A stretch of 62,982 nucleotides of DNA, the filler included, from Collodictyon triciliatum (lineage: Eukaryota): NCBI GenBank assembly GCA_043381765.1. It is 3 parts of 3 records of this genome, joined end to end, with 100 filler letters (N's around TTAATTAATTAA, not from the genome) between each part and the next. Parts side by side here need not be neighbours in the genome. Positions count along the whole stretch, not along the records: positions 1 to 22,710 come from JBHJMP010001074.1; positions 22,811 to 47,572 come from JBHJMP010001075.1; 1 more part is not named here. The stretch is one strand, 5' to 3'. Below the pieces are notes generated by a model, which saw nothing but the letters and a program-made list of their open reading frames with translations, made no database searches and was not told the DNA's origin. The translations under genes were made by a program, and so were the position numbers. Below, one piece after another: positions 12,716 to 27,064 of this stretch. Each line of letters begins with the position of its first letter. Position 1 is the first letter of the stretch.

Positions 12716-15700
12716 ATGAGCCTATTACCCAAAACCCGCGAGGATTTTCGCCTGTCCTCCTATTGGGATCAGTTCTTCCAACAGAGAGGAACAGAACAGC
12801 CCTTCGAGTGGTATGGCTCTTACAAGGAGCTCCGAAGGTCGGTGTTTTTTTTTTTTAAATACTCCATGGTGTAAAGTCAATATGATTGAAAAATGACTTG
12901 GATTTTTGTGAATTTTTTCATTCATTTTCTCTGAGTTTTTATCTGCTCCTCGCGAGCAAAGAGCGATCGTATGAATCCTTTTGCAAAGGTGCTTTGGGCT
13001 AAAACTCTTTGTGGATCCTTTCCTTCCTCCTACTTAGTTCTACTTTTAATCATAAATTGTCCGGATTCATGCAGTTTATTTCGAGCTTACACGAAGCAAG
13101 AAAACTCGGTCCTTGTGCTTGGCTGTGGTAATTCGTCGTCAAGTGCGGACATGTACCAAGATGGATACAAAAATATCTTAAACATCGACTTTAGCAAGAA
13201 AGTCATCGACCAGATGAAGTCAAGATACAGCAAAATGAAGACGTAGTAATTTATGCTTGGACACACATTCACCTCTTTGCTTTTTTGAAAATGAAATAAA
13301 ATGAAATAAAATGAAATAAAATGAAATAAAATGAAATAAAATGAAATAAAATGAAATAAAATGAAATAAAATGAAATAAAATGAAATAAAATGAAATAAA
13401 ATAAAATAAAATAAAATAATTGAAGGATGACTTTTCACAAATTCTCTGAAAATATTTGGATTCCTTGTAAAATCATCAATATGATTCGAATATATAACAG
13501 AATGCGATGGGAAATTATGGACATGCGGGATTTGAAGGTTGAGGCGGAATCTTTCAAGGTGGTTTTTGATAAAGGAGGACTCGATGCGCTTGTGGCGGAT
13601 GAAACTCCAGAAATTCGAGCCGATGCCATTAAAATGCTCTCTGAGGTTATTATCAATCACTATTCTTTAGATCAAATATAGGAAAGATTTATCTATCACT
13701 ATTAAAGCAAGACCTGAACAAACGAGGATTTATACAGTCTGAACGTAGCCTCTCATACTTGTCTCAATTCATTGCTATTCTCCTCTTCGTTTGAGATAAA
13801 TATTTGTTTATCGGAAAGATTAAAAATCCAAATGAAACTGTACCCAGTTTTTTTTTTTTAATATGTCTCAAAATTACATCAAAAAACAGGTACATCGTGT
13901 TCTACAACCAGGGGGCATATATTTTTGTGTTAGTATAGCACAAGAGTATGTTTTCAGATTATTGCTGGAGCATTTCTCGAAACTCGATATGGGATATAAG
14001 GTTTCAATCCACCCAGTACCTCGCCTTCCGAGCGAGAACGAGTCTCCTCTTGTATCGTTTGCGATTGTCATTATAAAACCAACTGAAGCCAGCAATGCTA
14101 TTGTGATGCAGGTAAAAGCGACTTTATCGAAAAAATTAATTATAACAGTAGAATCGACAATTCTAAATTTAATTTAATGACCATTACTCGTACAACTAAC
14201 CCCTCGTGTCAAATCAAAGAAATTCACATCCAACATCACATCATATCCATACAAACTGTTATATTGAAGTATACTTTCTAGACAACAACCGAAGGGGAAA
14301 CTGTACAGCATGGAAGTAGTATTGAAGAAACGATGGCTTCTGTCAAAGGACACCAAATGTCTGTTTTTAGCATGAAAAATATCAGACACTACAAAGCCGG
14401 CCAAATCTCCGAGCTCAGCCTACAAATTCCAGTGTCAGGTGCCTCTTCCAGCTCAAGTCAAGAGAAAGATAAACCAAAGTACACGCTCAAAATTGTTGAT
14501 GGAAAGCAAAAAGGCCAGTCAGGCCCAACAGCAGCGTTCCTTGTTCCACAAGGTAAATACCACTTGCATTCCTTCCAATCAAATACATTCGATACAATCT
14601 GACACCAATTCGATTCTTGTTTGTAATATCTAAGATTGCCGAGGTAATCACTAGGAAGAGAGCGAGACTTTATGTTTTCAAAAGATGAGGGGCTTTTACA
14701 GCTAGTAGAAACAACGGGATTCACGCGTCTTATTGTCGTTTATTTCTCACCGTATCACAAATTCCATGATATAGAATCGGTTGGTATATTTAAAATCACT
14801 TTAAGCGAAGCTAGTTTGTTTCTATTTTTCTGTTAATGAACAAAACCAAAACCAAAAACCAAAAACCAAAAACCAAAAACCAAAAACCAAAAACCAAAAA
14901 CCAAAAACCAAAAACCAAAAACCAAAAACCAAAAACCAAAAACCAAAACCAAAACCAAAACCAAAAAGAGTGAGAATGAAAAGTTTATATAAAAAACAGT
15001 GATTTTTTTTTTATCTAAAATGAACAAACAGGTAACAAAGGAACTTTCTCCGTTCATTTTGGAAGTATCGCTGCTACCTGATTCTTCTCAACCTAAAACA
15101 AAATCTAAAGGTCAAAGTTCGAGTAAAATTCCTTTTTTGACGGCTTCAGAAGGACTTGGAAAGAGAGAGTAAGTTACCCAGTATGAACTTAGCTTTTAGA
15201 ATGTTACCACATCCACGCTTTTTTTACCTCCAAGTTTGATAATTTATCATTTGTCAGCCCTAAAATTTTCAAGTGAATTTTCTGTTAAGGTTGGTCTACA
15301 AAGGGGTATCATCATTCAGCGGGTCATATAGAGTAGAGAATGTCGATGAAGGTTGATTTCATCACTATTATTCTTAATTTTTAGGGAAATGTTTTGCATC
15401 GATTTGACATATATTTTTAACATTCTAATATCAATTTATATGTCCCCCAATTCTGCCTATATTGACTCCATTGTCTTGGTTTTTTTTTTTTGAACATTTG
15501 TTTATGATAATTTTTTTTTTTTAAAAAAATAAGGCCTTATTTTAAATTGATTTCTTCATTAAATGTGAGTGGTGCATAGGGGGAAAATATATGCCTTTAT
15601 CTTGGAATTGTACAATATGTGGTCTTACTATATCGAAGGCAAATTATAAATTGATAAGCCATGACAGAGTGTAATCTCCATTTAACGCCTAGATGATGAA

Positions 15701-17632
15701 ACCTACAGGAGGTTAATATTCGATTCAAGCCCGAATGTCGTACAAACAGAGGCGAAACTCACAAAAAAACCTCAAGAGTCTCCAAAACGCAAAGGAAAAA
15801 AGAATAGTGCAAATGCCCAAACGATGTTACAAAAAGTTGAGAGCGAAGCCGAAGCTGTGTTATCTTCCCTGGCAATTTCATCGTCACCTAAATCGCCTAT
15901 CGATGTTGGGTATCTACCTTTTGAATATCATCAAGGAATGGTCGCTGCATTATCGCTTGCTTCACCAGTATTTAAAGGTAGATATTGAGTTCATGAACAT
16001 TTTATATGAAGAATCTGTATCAAGCACTCATTGTAAAATATTGCCAATAGAAAAGTTAATATATGAATAAAGCCAACGATTCAAATGATAGTTAAGTAAT
16101 GTACCGCATTTCCCCTAGAATCGTCAAGCTCTCCATCTTGCTTAGTAATTGGTCTTGGAGGGGGGATGCTGCCGATATTTCTTTATCATTCTTTCCCAAC
16201 TCTAAATATTGATTGTGTCGAACTTGACCCAGAAATCGCCGACATTGCAAAAAGGTTAGTCCATGGGATGTTTTCTTTTCTTTTCATAATGAAATGCTTA
16301 TAATGTTGGGTGACCTGTGATGAAATGAAAATTAGCTGCTTCTTTTTCTTTATTACTATTTATCTTTATTCTATTCACATTTAGATGGTTTGGGTTCGAA
16401 GAAGATGAGCGTCTGACTCTGAATATTGCAGACGGACTTGAATATGTCAAAGGAAAACAAGGTATTTTGAGCGTGGCGTTCAAGACATTTCTGTAGTTCA
16501 AAGAGTACAAAATTTTGAACTAAACTGTATCTACTTTTCTTCTTCATATATATCTATATGATCGTATATTTAATCACTGATATGAAATTCTAATATGCAC
16601 GTATACTTCGCATTCACTTAAAGGTGCATATGACATCGTCATCATTGATGTCGACTCTAAGGATATCACAGAGGGACTCAGCTGCCCACCATCCAGTAAT
16701 ACAATCATTAATTTTCAAGACATCGAGTTATTCCTATACATGTGATTATTAAATGTGTATTTTTTTTTTTTTAAAAAAAAAGTAAAGCGCCCGTTCGGTG
16801 CAAACAAATCAAAAATACAATCACAGGGTCGCGACATTCATAACAAAATGAATTCATAGGCTTCGTAGAGAGTACATTTTTAGAGCAGATTAAACTCAGC
16901 ATGAAGGAACAAGGGCTCCTCCTGCTCAATCTATCGTGCCGAGCTGAAACTCTTCGAAATTCGGTACTGGCGACCATAGGTGAAGATTTCTTAGCATAAC
17001 CAGTACTCCAAGTCATGAACTTTGGTTCTATTTCTTCTCAAAAGTACTAACATCAAGCCACATGAAAACACAGTAATTGAAGAAATTGCGCACATATCCG
17101 ACTTACATTATTCAAACTTAATACTGCGCAAATTGGCCTCTTAAAAAGACAATATTTTAATTCAAGATTTAAATAATATCAATAGCAACATCATTTGTGG
17201 ATTCGTATCAGTTACCTGTGGAAGGTACAGTCAATGTTGTTGTGTGTGGGTTGAAACAGCAGCGACATGCGACACTTAGCAAACGTGAGTACAATCTTAT
17301 CGATGCACGTCCCGGTACAAAACTTGCTTTTTTTCTTTTTGACGGGGTTTGGTTTTTTTTTCTTTCTTATCTTCCCCTTATCCTTTTCCTCGAGAAAAAT
17401 CATTCGGTGTTTTAATTGATACCCACGCCTGGCGTACATTCATCATGGGTTTCATCGTGGATGATTATTCTAATACCACCCATGATTCCCTACGATGTGG
17501 TCCGCATCACATGCAGCTGATGCCGATGTAATCAAGGCTGCGAAGGACAGCAACGTGAGCTGGACTACAGAGATTGAGTTTATCAAGTGGATGATAAAGC
17601 TGAAGCGCATCCCACGTGCTGTCCAAGCGTGA
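12716..17632 (+). CDS. METTL13: eEF1A lysine and N-terminal methyltransferase (dual methyltransferase domains), multi-exon
   Basis: Start MSLLPKTREDFRLSSYWDQFFQQRG..FEWYG. First domain VLVLGCGNS, NIDFS, FDKGGLDAL. Linker AAFLVPQGRE. Spermidine-synthase-like second domain LVIGLGGG, VELDPE, IIDVDSKD..SCPP. Confidence 0.93.
13288..13418. repeat. (GAAATAAAAT)n minisatellite, intronic
   Basis: About 11 tandem 10-mers decaying into (AAAAT)n. Confidence 0.95.
14841..14967. repeat. (CCAAAAA)n tandem repeat, intronic
   Basis: Seen directly in the sequence. Confidence 0.95.
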
Positions 17633-17675
17633 CACGAGCCGCCAAAGAGTCTGCTTCCAAATAAAACCAAAAGCA

Positions 17676-17778
17676 CAACAAAAAAACAAAAAACAAAAAA
17701 CAAAAAACAAAAAACAAAAAACAAAAAACAAAAAACAAAAAACAAAAAACAAAAAACAAAAAACAAAAAACAAAAAAA
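17676..17778. repeat. (ACAAAAA)n tandem repeat, intergenic
   Basis: Seen directly in the sequence. Confidence 0.95.
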
Positions 17779-17861
17779 GAAAAAGAAACGGTCAACCTAC
17801 CATACCGCAGCCAGCACGATCCTGCCGACTCTGCCTGATCTCAGCCCCGCCCATAGAACAG

Positions 17862-19748
17862 ATGTCCTCTTTACTCCAACAGATACCAGAAAGGATCGTA
17901 GGTTCATCCTGTCTTGCCAACTCTGATATGAGCTAATTGATATGATTTAGATATCCATGGTATTGTAAAACATCCACCTTTTCCTATTAGCTGATTGTTT
18001 TCTGTATGGCGAGTTTAGCTCATCTGCATCGATTCGGACGCTTCCTTATTCACTGACGGCGGAAAGTAAGTTAAACACAACGCATGGTTGTTGCGAATCA
18101 CCTCATGCGTCACCTTTTATGACCCCCACACGAATCTCTTGTTTAATCCATTATAAAGTCGCGAACTAAAATATTCTTTCCCGCAGGAAGGGTCATACAT
18201 ATTTTAATAAAGTATATCATGATTCATTTTTTTTTAATTCGCCACACATTTCCCAACAAGATAAACAACTATTGCATCTTTTTTTTCTTCTGTCTCTCTC
18301 TACTATCTTTCTTAACGCCATTATGGCGAAGCAAATAATCGCGACTGTTTAGTGCGTCCCTTTTCCTGCATTCATAATTGCAATCTGTTTATTTATCCCC
18401 AAAATCATACGACCTTTGCACAGATTGAAAGGACTGACAATCATTTGCAAAAAACACTGTTTATTTCTTAAGCTCCCGAGCTCCGCACCCCCTTCGAACA
18501 TCGGTCCTCGCCTTGCGTCACGCACTGGTGCAGTTCTTGGCTGTCAAGAATAGTATGAACCCAAAGACCGAATTTTCCTTGGCGTGCATATCCAACACAT
18601 TCCTTTTGATGCAGTCAATGACAACAAAGGCATCAGAGATTCTGGAGGCTTTTGATAGCTGTATGGTGCTGTCCAACTTTAATGTGAGCTCCAACCAGAT
18701 CGGTAATAGCATTTTCTGCGATTTGTTTCATTTTTTTTCATTTGGTTAATTTCGTACATGTGTCATTAGGAATAAAGTACTGCTATATTGAGTAGATGAT
18801 GTATTTGATAAAAAATGACTTGATTGTAATATGTTATCAAGTATCAAATTAGAGTGCTTAATTTTTCTCTATAACACTTAACCCTTTAGATTACAGCGAG
18901 ATGATAAATGAGTTGTAAGAGACTTTGACAAATATGGATACATGTATAATCGGCAATCAGTTATACTTTGTGTTTTATGACTCATTACATCTCAGCATTC
19001 TTCAGGGACCCCAAAACATAAAGAGTAAAGACGAAGTTACCCATACTTCAAGATTAGTATGGATATACTGCAGGTCTATACATTTGAAAAGCATAGAAAC
19101 AATGGTAGGAAAAGAGACTACACCGAAAGCTAAAATATTATTCCGTAAAGATGATATCAGAATAATGATAAATATTTTCCTCTACCTTATAAGCAACACC
19201 TAAAATCCTCCATGTCGAATGTTTACTTTATGATGATTCCCCCCAATCCAATATGAATAAACAAATACAGATTCCTTCCATAGTCCCGCCTTACTGTTTC
19301 TTGGATATTCTGTTTTTGCATTCAGACATCACCTATATGCCACTGGAGAGAAAGGCTGTGAGTAAACAATAACCAAAACCAAGGGCTATATATTGTTGCA
19401 CATATCACCAATGAAATTCACACATCTGACAACGTTTATAGGCATACAACTTGATATTCGACGGGCTCAAAAAGGCCAGTGACTTGTTTCCAAACAGTCT
19501 ATGTATGGAATCTACTCACATATCAGTAGGGGTTTCAATTCCTTGTGCACCTCGAAGCATGAATACTACACAACAAATCATAGCATACCTCATGTTTTAT
19601 TCGTTTCCTTAAATATGCAAAGATCGGCCTTCTCTGTTCTCATTTTACTTTGGTTCAGAACGGGTTCTTCCGGTGCGTCATGTTTCTTCTTGCAAATCCC
19701 CACCAACGAAACATAAAATCAATTCTTGGGTCATTAAGTGTCGCGTAA
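17862..19748 (+). CDS. BABAM1: BRISC/BRCA1-A complex member 1 (MERIT40/NBA1)-like vWA protein, many small exons; 5' exons uncertain
   Basis: IPERI, LRHALVQFLAVKNSMNPKTEFSL, RLVWIYCR, FLDILFLH and C-terminal FLLANPHQR follow the MERIT40 family pattern. Confidence 0.75.
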
Positions 19749-20172
19749 GAGGAACATACTCGTATTATAGACGCAATGCTCGACTCTAGTATGATTCACA
19801 GATTCCGTGATAAACAAAACAAAACAAAACAATGTAGATTCCTGAACTACGTAGCATGTTATTTCACATTATAATTTTGTGTTGTCGATACTAAAAAATC
19901 GCTTTGGGGTTGACTAGAGATTGACCATCATATTTTGATTAGCGCACAATGTATTCTTGCTTTTATCTTTTTTTTTTGTGTTCAAATGTTTGAAATTACG
20001 CTTCACGCATAGTTAAAACTGGTGTATATGTATATTTAATCATATCACCACTTTACAATGGGCAACATAGCATTTTAAGAAAAGAATTTTCTGGACAATT
20101 TGTTAGATTTGTACAGTATATCTTGTTTATATGTATATCTTTATCTTCTCCTTTTCCCCACTTCCTAATGGT

Positions 20173-22560
20173 TCATTCTACCGAAGACTTGCAAGTGGCA
20201 GCTGGGTCTCTTTTGTGTTGGCGGTGGGCAATGGCAGATTTTACCTCACTTTTAATGCAAGCCCGCCTTTAATTAGTCATATATCGGAATCGGTGCACAC
20301 ACGAGCAATAGTTATAATGATAAATTATTGAAAGCGTTAACAGTTTTGTGAATGAGTTATAGTGTGCAATAAACTTATCCTTACAACATATGCTATAATA
20401 ATAGACATTATCACGGTGCAAATACCTTAAAATCATCAAAGCTTCATTTTTCTCCTCCCACTTCTTTAGCCTATCTTGTTCTTCTTTTCTTTTTGCGGCC
20501 AGTCGTTCCTCTCTTTTACGTGCCATGTAATCTCTCCTTTCTGATGGATTTGTTGGAATCGAGTCCGATTGCTTGGGGACGTCAGCCTCAAAAACAACTT
20601 CAGTTAATTCATCCGTGGACTTCACTACAGTCCCAAACAAGGAGACAATACCATCATCAAAAGGTTCTGTTTGTGAGTCTCTTAGAATTCCATCTTCTTT
20701 TTCACGTTCGGTCTTGTATTGGGGGTCTTGTTGCCAGTCGATACGTTGTAACGCGTGCTCTGTACCCTCAATTAACTGCTGGATTCTTTCTTGAGTATAA
20801 ATGAGTGCCCGAAGATACTCTTTAAAGTGCAAAAGATTCCCTTGAGGGTCTGATGTCCCTGTGGCACGGATTGATGAATATAGTTGCATAGCTTCTTCTC
20901 CGTTCGAGACGTGTCGATATGAGCTCTCCAAGGCTACCCGAATCTCTTGGCTGATAAATAATACTTTCTCTACAGGGTCTTCTATGAAGGACGGCCTAAA
21001 AAATTATATGATTTTACATCCAATTTATGGGATGGGCGATTTTTATGTCACCGATATGATTATATGTTTATTTACTCTAAACTGATTTGTTCGTCTTAAT
21101 AGATTCCTCCCTTAATAGAATACGGATAGTTTACCTTGTTTTGTTTCCAAGAGAGTGGCTTTGAGATATCTTCCGAGGCCCTATATGGCTCTGCAACGTC
21201 TTGTGACATTCGGTCATTAAAAGATAGATTGAATGGTAAACCTCCATCAAATCCATGATTTTGTTCAGTTCTAGAATATTCGAACTCATGACAGAACTTG
21301 TATTCGTGTCCTTTGACTTTCTATCCAAAACCTCTGTGATTACCAATTCGAGTATATCACAGAGACATGCTACTTGATGGTAATGGGTACTTGTAATGTT
21401 CCTGCACATTTCAGAAAGCTTTCGGAAAGAAAGTTGGGTATCGTCTGCAAAATGCGAGGAGATCGGTAAAGGGCTCGAATCCCAGTAATCAAATGGTAGA
21501 AAATACTCCATGTACTTGTATACGCGGAGTTGTTTGGCTGTAACTTCATCACATAACTTGTAAAATGACGTTGCCAAATCGCTTGACAAGTATTCGCTTT
21601 CTGGAAAGGGCACAGATGCATTCCTGTGTTATGGAATCATATAAGATTTCAAGCGATTAGAAATAAGTGTTAACATACAACAGACGCGTTTTTTTTTTTT
21701 TTGAGCGATTAGAAAATTGCAACCTTGCCATAGATTTACTATGGGTTTCTTCATCCCTAAGAATTCGAAGTCCCTGTAAGCGAAATGGAAGAGGAAAGTT
21801 ACATATACAACCAAGTATGTGAAAGAGTTTCATGGGATATGTATGCTGAGCGATTTGGTTTGAATTACATCCAACAGCGTTCCTCTAAAAGAAGCAAAAG
21901 ACTCCTTTTGCATGGTAGACAATCTGTCAAAATGTTTTTCGTATTTCTGTATTCTTGTGTGAGTTTTGAATGTTAGGTATATTAAGGACAAAGAAGCGGA
22001 GGCCCATGCATATCCAAGGCACGAAGCTGCATTCACACTTAATCCTGCTGTCTATGATTTATAAATAAAATTTAATCGCAAATTTACACACTCATCTTGT
22101 CTATTGTAATAATTGAAATATCTAATAAAAACTAATATATCATATCAACCACGAAACAGATCATCAATAAAATTGGAATCCTAGTGCAAAAATTATACGA
22201 GATTGCAACACCTCCTTCACAATCAAAACAGACGCTCCGGACATCAAAATGGTTGGGAGGGCAACTGATTTTATGCAGCTCCACAAATTTTGTTTCCATC
22301 TTGATTATTATGAATTGAATCAAATTCGCGATTAATTAGTACCTCAGACTATAAAGATATTTAACTTTCGAGAAACATACAAACGAAAACGCTTGGGTTT
22401 ATATAATTACAATTACTAAAACTTACAAGTTCACATTCGCTTCCTCCTCACCTAAAATAGAGAAAGTTGCATATGAGCTCTGTTTTTTGCTCTCACACTT
22501 TTCCACTCGGCTATATCTGTCTGCCATTGCATCAGAGTACTCTCTCAAACTCTGAACAAA
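20173..22560 (-). CDS. Unknown helical/coiled-coil protein, 3' part; 5' end lost at the sequence break
   Basis: Long open exons (21131-21630, 20427-20995 with RREERLAAKRKEEQ) bounded by GT-AG. Final exon ...KSSVE*. Confidence 0.7.
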
Positions 22561-22613
22561 ATTCTTCCAAACGGAAACAAATATACAAATGAACGAAGAT
22601 AGTATGAAAATAA

Positions 22614-22614
<1 letters not shown>

Positions 22615-22710
<96 letters not shown>
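22615..22710. repeat. (GAAA)n microsatellite at a contig end
   Basis: Seen directly, abutting the N spacer. Confidence 0.95.
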
Positions 22711-22810
22711 NNNNNNNNNNNNNNNNNNNNNNNNNNNNNNNNNNNNNNNNNNNNTTAATTAATTAANNNNNNNNNNNNNNNNNNNNNNNNNNNNNNNNNN
22801 NNNNNNNNNN
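22711..22810. other. Artificial contig-joining spacer
   Basis: 44 N + TTAATTAATTAA (stops in all six frames) + 44 N = exactly 100 bp. Confidence 0.95.
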
Positions 22811-25800
22811 TTTCCGCGCACGATTTGATCAGGGAAGTCCAAAAACTGATTTATTCCTTTGTTGTTCTGGTGGATGAAAATTCCAGATTTGTATAGAAGA
22901 GGATGGCTCCGGCCTTCGCTGCGTTTGTGCGTTCTCTCGCCCTGTGTCCCGTCTCCCTTTACTGCTATTCTCTCCCTCTCACGTCCTCTCTCTACCTCTC
23001 TCCCTCTCTCTTTTTTTTTCTCTTTCTATCTGTTTGTCCCATACATGGGTAAAATATGGTGTATTTTTTTTTCTAAATATAACACAGCCAAAAGAGTAAT
23101 AAATGCTGTGATTTTGTCCGAATCTTTATATTTTTTTTTATGAAAAAAAATTGATAAAATAAAATAAAAAGAGAACGGTGCTAGTTTTGCAACGATGATT
23201 AATTCATCTGCCGAGGTGAGTACTTGTCGTGTATCCTGTTCTTCTTCCTTCACTTCCTTTTCTTCCAATGCTTCGCCCAGCTGATGGAATTTTAAGATAA
23301 AGCACGGGATTGTATTTCTTTTGGTCAACTGTAATTGATTGACGGAAAAAAAAATACATAGCGTCCCCCTTTCTATGATTTTGTCTTTTTTTATTTCTTT
23401 TTTTAAGAAAAAGGAATAATTTTATGAGCTTTTTGTTATCTTCATTGTGCTGGATTTTTTTGATTTGAATATCTTGATTCCCTTAGCGGTTGTTGGTTTG
23501 ACATATGATGAGGAGCCTCTGGGCGATAATCGGATTGGCCCTTCATTAGGAGGATGTTCAGATATATTGCAATCGAAATCCTGTCGAACCAGGCCATCAA
23601 AGTCGCGAGGAGAGTCAGGATTTGTTGAGCTCAGAAGAGAGATTTGACTTTTTCTTCTGCCTTTTTGAGTGGGAGGGCTCGGTACTGTAAATGATAGCGC
23701 TGCATTAGTCGTGATGGATGCTACAGAAGACCTTCGCCTTTGATTGTATGATTTTGTCCTGCGAAAAGCCAACCCTGGAGACAAAGCTGTATTTGATGCA
23801 AACTGTGATGCTACCGCCTCAAGGGATATATTATCAGGAATAGACCAATCAATCTCCTCTAATGGCTCTGTCGTCTCGTTCTGTGGCGCGTCTGGGAATG
23901 ACAAGCTATTTGCCTCTGAATTTCTTAACGAGGTTTGAAGGCTACTGAGGGATTCTGCTAACTGTTTCATCTTCAAAGTTGTCGACTGAATCCGCTGGAC
24001 TGCTTCGTCTTGAAGTTCAAGAAGGTTTTGACATCGCGCAAGTTGAGGACTAGAGTCCATCGGATTTGCAGCTATTTCTTGATAAAAGGACCAGAGCTCC
24101 GATACCACAGTCTGCAAACGCTTACTGTCATGTTCCAAGGATTGCAACAGCGTTTTGTTCTTCGACAATGCTCCAGGATTCACCGGAGGCGGCAGCTTCT
24201 GCCGAATAGAGGGAATTAATGACTCGGGACGAAAAGGTATATTAAAATCCCTGGCCAATAATCTTAGTTGCAATAGTATTGAACTCATTTCGGTTGGTGG
24301 CATATCCTTGAGTAAAATAAAGTCTATGGAATGGGCACTTGATTTCGTATCAATCACTGAATTTTCGCTTTCAATCGCTTTCCTCATTTGAGCCAAGTTC
24401 ATTTCCTGGTCTTTGGAATGTTTTTGTAAATCTTGAAGTAATTCTTTAACTTGAGACAGCTCTCTTTGTAGATGCTCTTTTTCCTGGCCTAGAATCAGTC
24501 GAAGTTGTCTTTCATAATTGAGTTCTTTTTTCAGTTGCGTAATAGTGTTTTTATCAGCAATGCTCCCAGGGTTTGCTGTGACTGGTGATTCTTTAGAGCT
24601 AAGTTCTGATTGAATGCTTTGTGCTGTAGTCGATTTTCCACCTGCTTCACTCTGCTTATGTGAATCAAAGAATTCTGATATCTTGGTCAAACTTGTTACA
24701 CTGGACTTTCGCTTTGTTGAGTTCGGTATTCCGGGTGGCCCATTTAGTAGTTGAGGACTCGATAGAAAACTAGAATTGGACGATATTGAACGCATTCTGA
24801 TCGATGAAATCGTATTTGAAATTGAGTCTGTTGCTTCAGATATACTTGGGAGGCCAGAGTTATAGATAGATGAAGGAGGGTTCTCGGAGCTCGTTTGATT
24901 CTCCATCAGTGTCTCAATTTCCTTTTCTGTCTGTTCCAGTCTTATTTCCAAAAGATCAGCTCGTTCGCTCTCCATCTGTAACGTTTGCTCGAGGTTGTAG
25001 TTTAGTGCTTCCAGCTGCTTTTGTTTCTCTAAAAGCTCCTCGATGTGTTTATCTTTTAGTTTGAGAGAAATAATTTTGCTGCTGAGAACCATCTCTTCAA
25101 TTGGATAATTAGCTTCTTCCCTTGCTATAAAAGATTCGTCCGTCTACAGAATATTTTCGATATTCATATCGTGCAAGGCCATCAAATAAAATTTATATCA
25201 CTTTTTTTCTTAGGACAAGGACAAGGGTAAGATTAAAATGAATATAATATATCATAGTTTTACGATTTATCTACTGTTTAAAGTACATTTGATACGAAAT
25301 GTCTCTCTTTTTTTTTTTAATAATAATTTTTTTTTAGATAGAGTCAGAGATGAAAAAAAATAAGGAATCAGTCGAATCCAACCTTTCTTATCTCCTCATA
25401 TTGTTCTGCCGACCTCCAAAGGCGTGCGACAACAACACGAAGAACCAGGTCGCTTTGAGGCTTTTGAGAATCCTCTTCCAGTAAGGTAACAGCAACAGCA
25501 AGATGAACATCTAGGAAGGAGAATTTATTTATTAATATTGGTTTCTTTTTTTTTAAAAAAAAAGGAGAAAATTTCGACAAATATTTTTTTCAAAGCTATT
25601 TGCGATAGTTTGGTTTTCTCCATTATTCAACTTACATACAATAATGTAGGATATTAAAAGCAGTATTAAGCATGATTATGTAAGTCTGCATCCTTGAAAT
25701 ATTTTTTTTACATATAAGTCAATTTATGCGATATGGAAGGTAGAGTAAAATAGTGACATAATATTACTAACCAAACTCATCAAGGCTCTTATGGAGGACA

Positions 25801-27064
25801 ATTCCATCTGTGCTGTGAAGAACATGGTCATGAACGGCATCAACATCTGCCTCTGGTGAAAATCGAAACATAAGGAGTTCGTAGTTTTCAAAAAGTGAGG
25901 GAGAGGGTAATTTCTTCTTGTCTGGCTTTTCGTGGGCCCGTAAAGCTATAGAGAATGGTTCATGAAATGAGACCTGCAAGAAGATTTTCGAGTAATTAGA
26001 ATTTTTTTTTTAAAAAAAAAAAAGCTATTAAATGCTTATGTCCTGAAGAAAAATCTTTGAGGAGATTTGAGACTTTGAAAATGTACAATCAAAATATTCC
26101 GATATATATAAATTTTAAAAGAGCTATCGAGGAAAACATATATTTAATAAGAGCTTTTTTTTTTTGGTTTGTTTTTTTACGTTCGATCCTTTCTTGATTC
26201 TTTTCCATAAAAGCTCCACAGCAAGTTGAGCCTCCAAGGTTTCATATGACAGAACCGGATAAAGTCGAGCCCTCTCATGTCTCTGAAGCAGCTCTGGTGT
26301 TCTCCATGCTATTGTGATAATAACGAGTACTTCATCCGCAAATCCACTCGGATCTTTATGAGTGTATCAATAAGTATAGGGTGGGAGGAATTCAAACGGT
26401 ATATATACAGAGAGGACGACCATTACACGATGGAAAAAAAAGTGGGAATATGCTGCCGTAGTTTCAATAACTATAATCCAAGGAATGATTATTTTTCATT
26501 TAATGAACATTTTCTCCATAAAGTAAGCGGCGCAAGGAGAGATAGAGTTAACATTGGGAGCACATAAAATAATCATGGTTCTAGCATATTGAAAATCAGA
26601 GAATAGAGAGAAAATCTTGAGAAGAACGGTACGAAAGAAAAGGAAAAGGGAACGAAGGATAGAAAAAAAATCAATATGAACTCACCGGTCCTAGGTGCCA
26701 TCTGAGAGGCTACCGCGAAGTGAAAGTCTACCGCGTGTGGTGGTGGTGCAGAGAGCAACTTGTGTGTCTCTTGGATAAGACGTTCAGCTGCATCCCGCAG
26801 GATCTGCTCATAGAGGGCCGCCTTATATAACACAGGAAAAACGCGCGCCGAGGCAACATTTGGAGGTAGACTTAACTGTTTGACAAGGCTGTGTGTGAAC
26901 GTGGACGCGGGATATATCTGCCGTCGCTCGAGGTGCTGCTGAATCCCTTCTTGGACGTGCCTCTGAAGCTCCGAGCAAAGGCGAACAAAATATCCGTGCT
27001 GATGGCATAGACGCAAGTATTGTTGTCCGATGGCCGAGGGCAGTTGTGCAAACTGCAGAGACAT
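22811..27064 (-). CDS. Large unknown coiled-coil / Ser-rich protein, multi-exon, 3' end lost at the spacer
   Basis: ATG at 27064 (MSLQFAQL), several GT-AG exons and a ~1.7-kb exon (23422-25145) with heptad-rich segments. Confidence 0.75.

Noticed and set aside
15718-15736. Partial match to the micro-insertion motif (TATTCGATTCAA), also 50652-50666
   Set aside because: Both lie in coding exons without an A tail or flanking duplication, so they are chance matches.
13288-17778. Tandem repeats as a CRISPR array or repeat-protein ORFs
   Set aside because: There are no unique spacers. They are simple repeats in introns or intergenic DNA, and the poly-F/K ORFs are artefacts.
22755-22766. Palindromic TTAATTAATTAA inside N runs (also 47617-47628)
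   Set aside because: It is an artificial six-frame-stop linker in an exact 100-bp spacer, so adjacency across it is not evidence of linkage.
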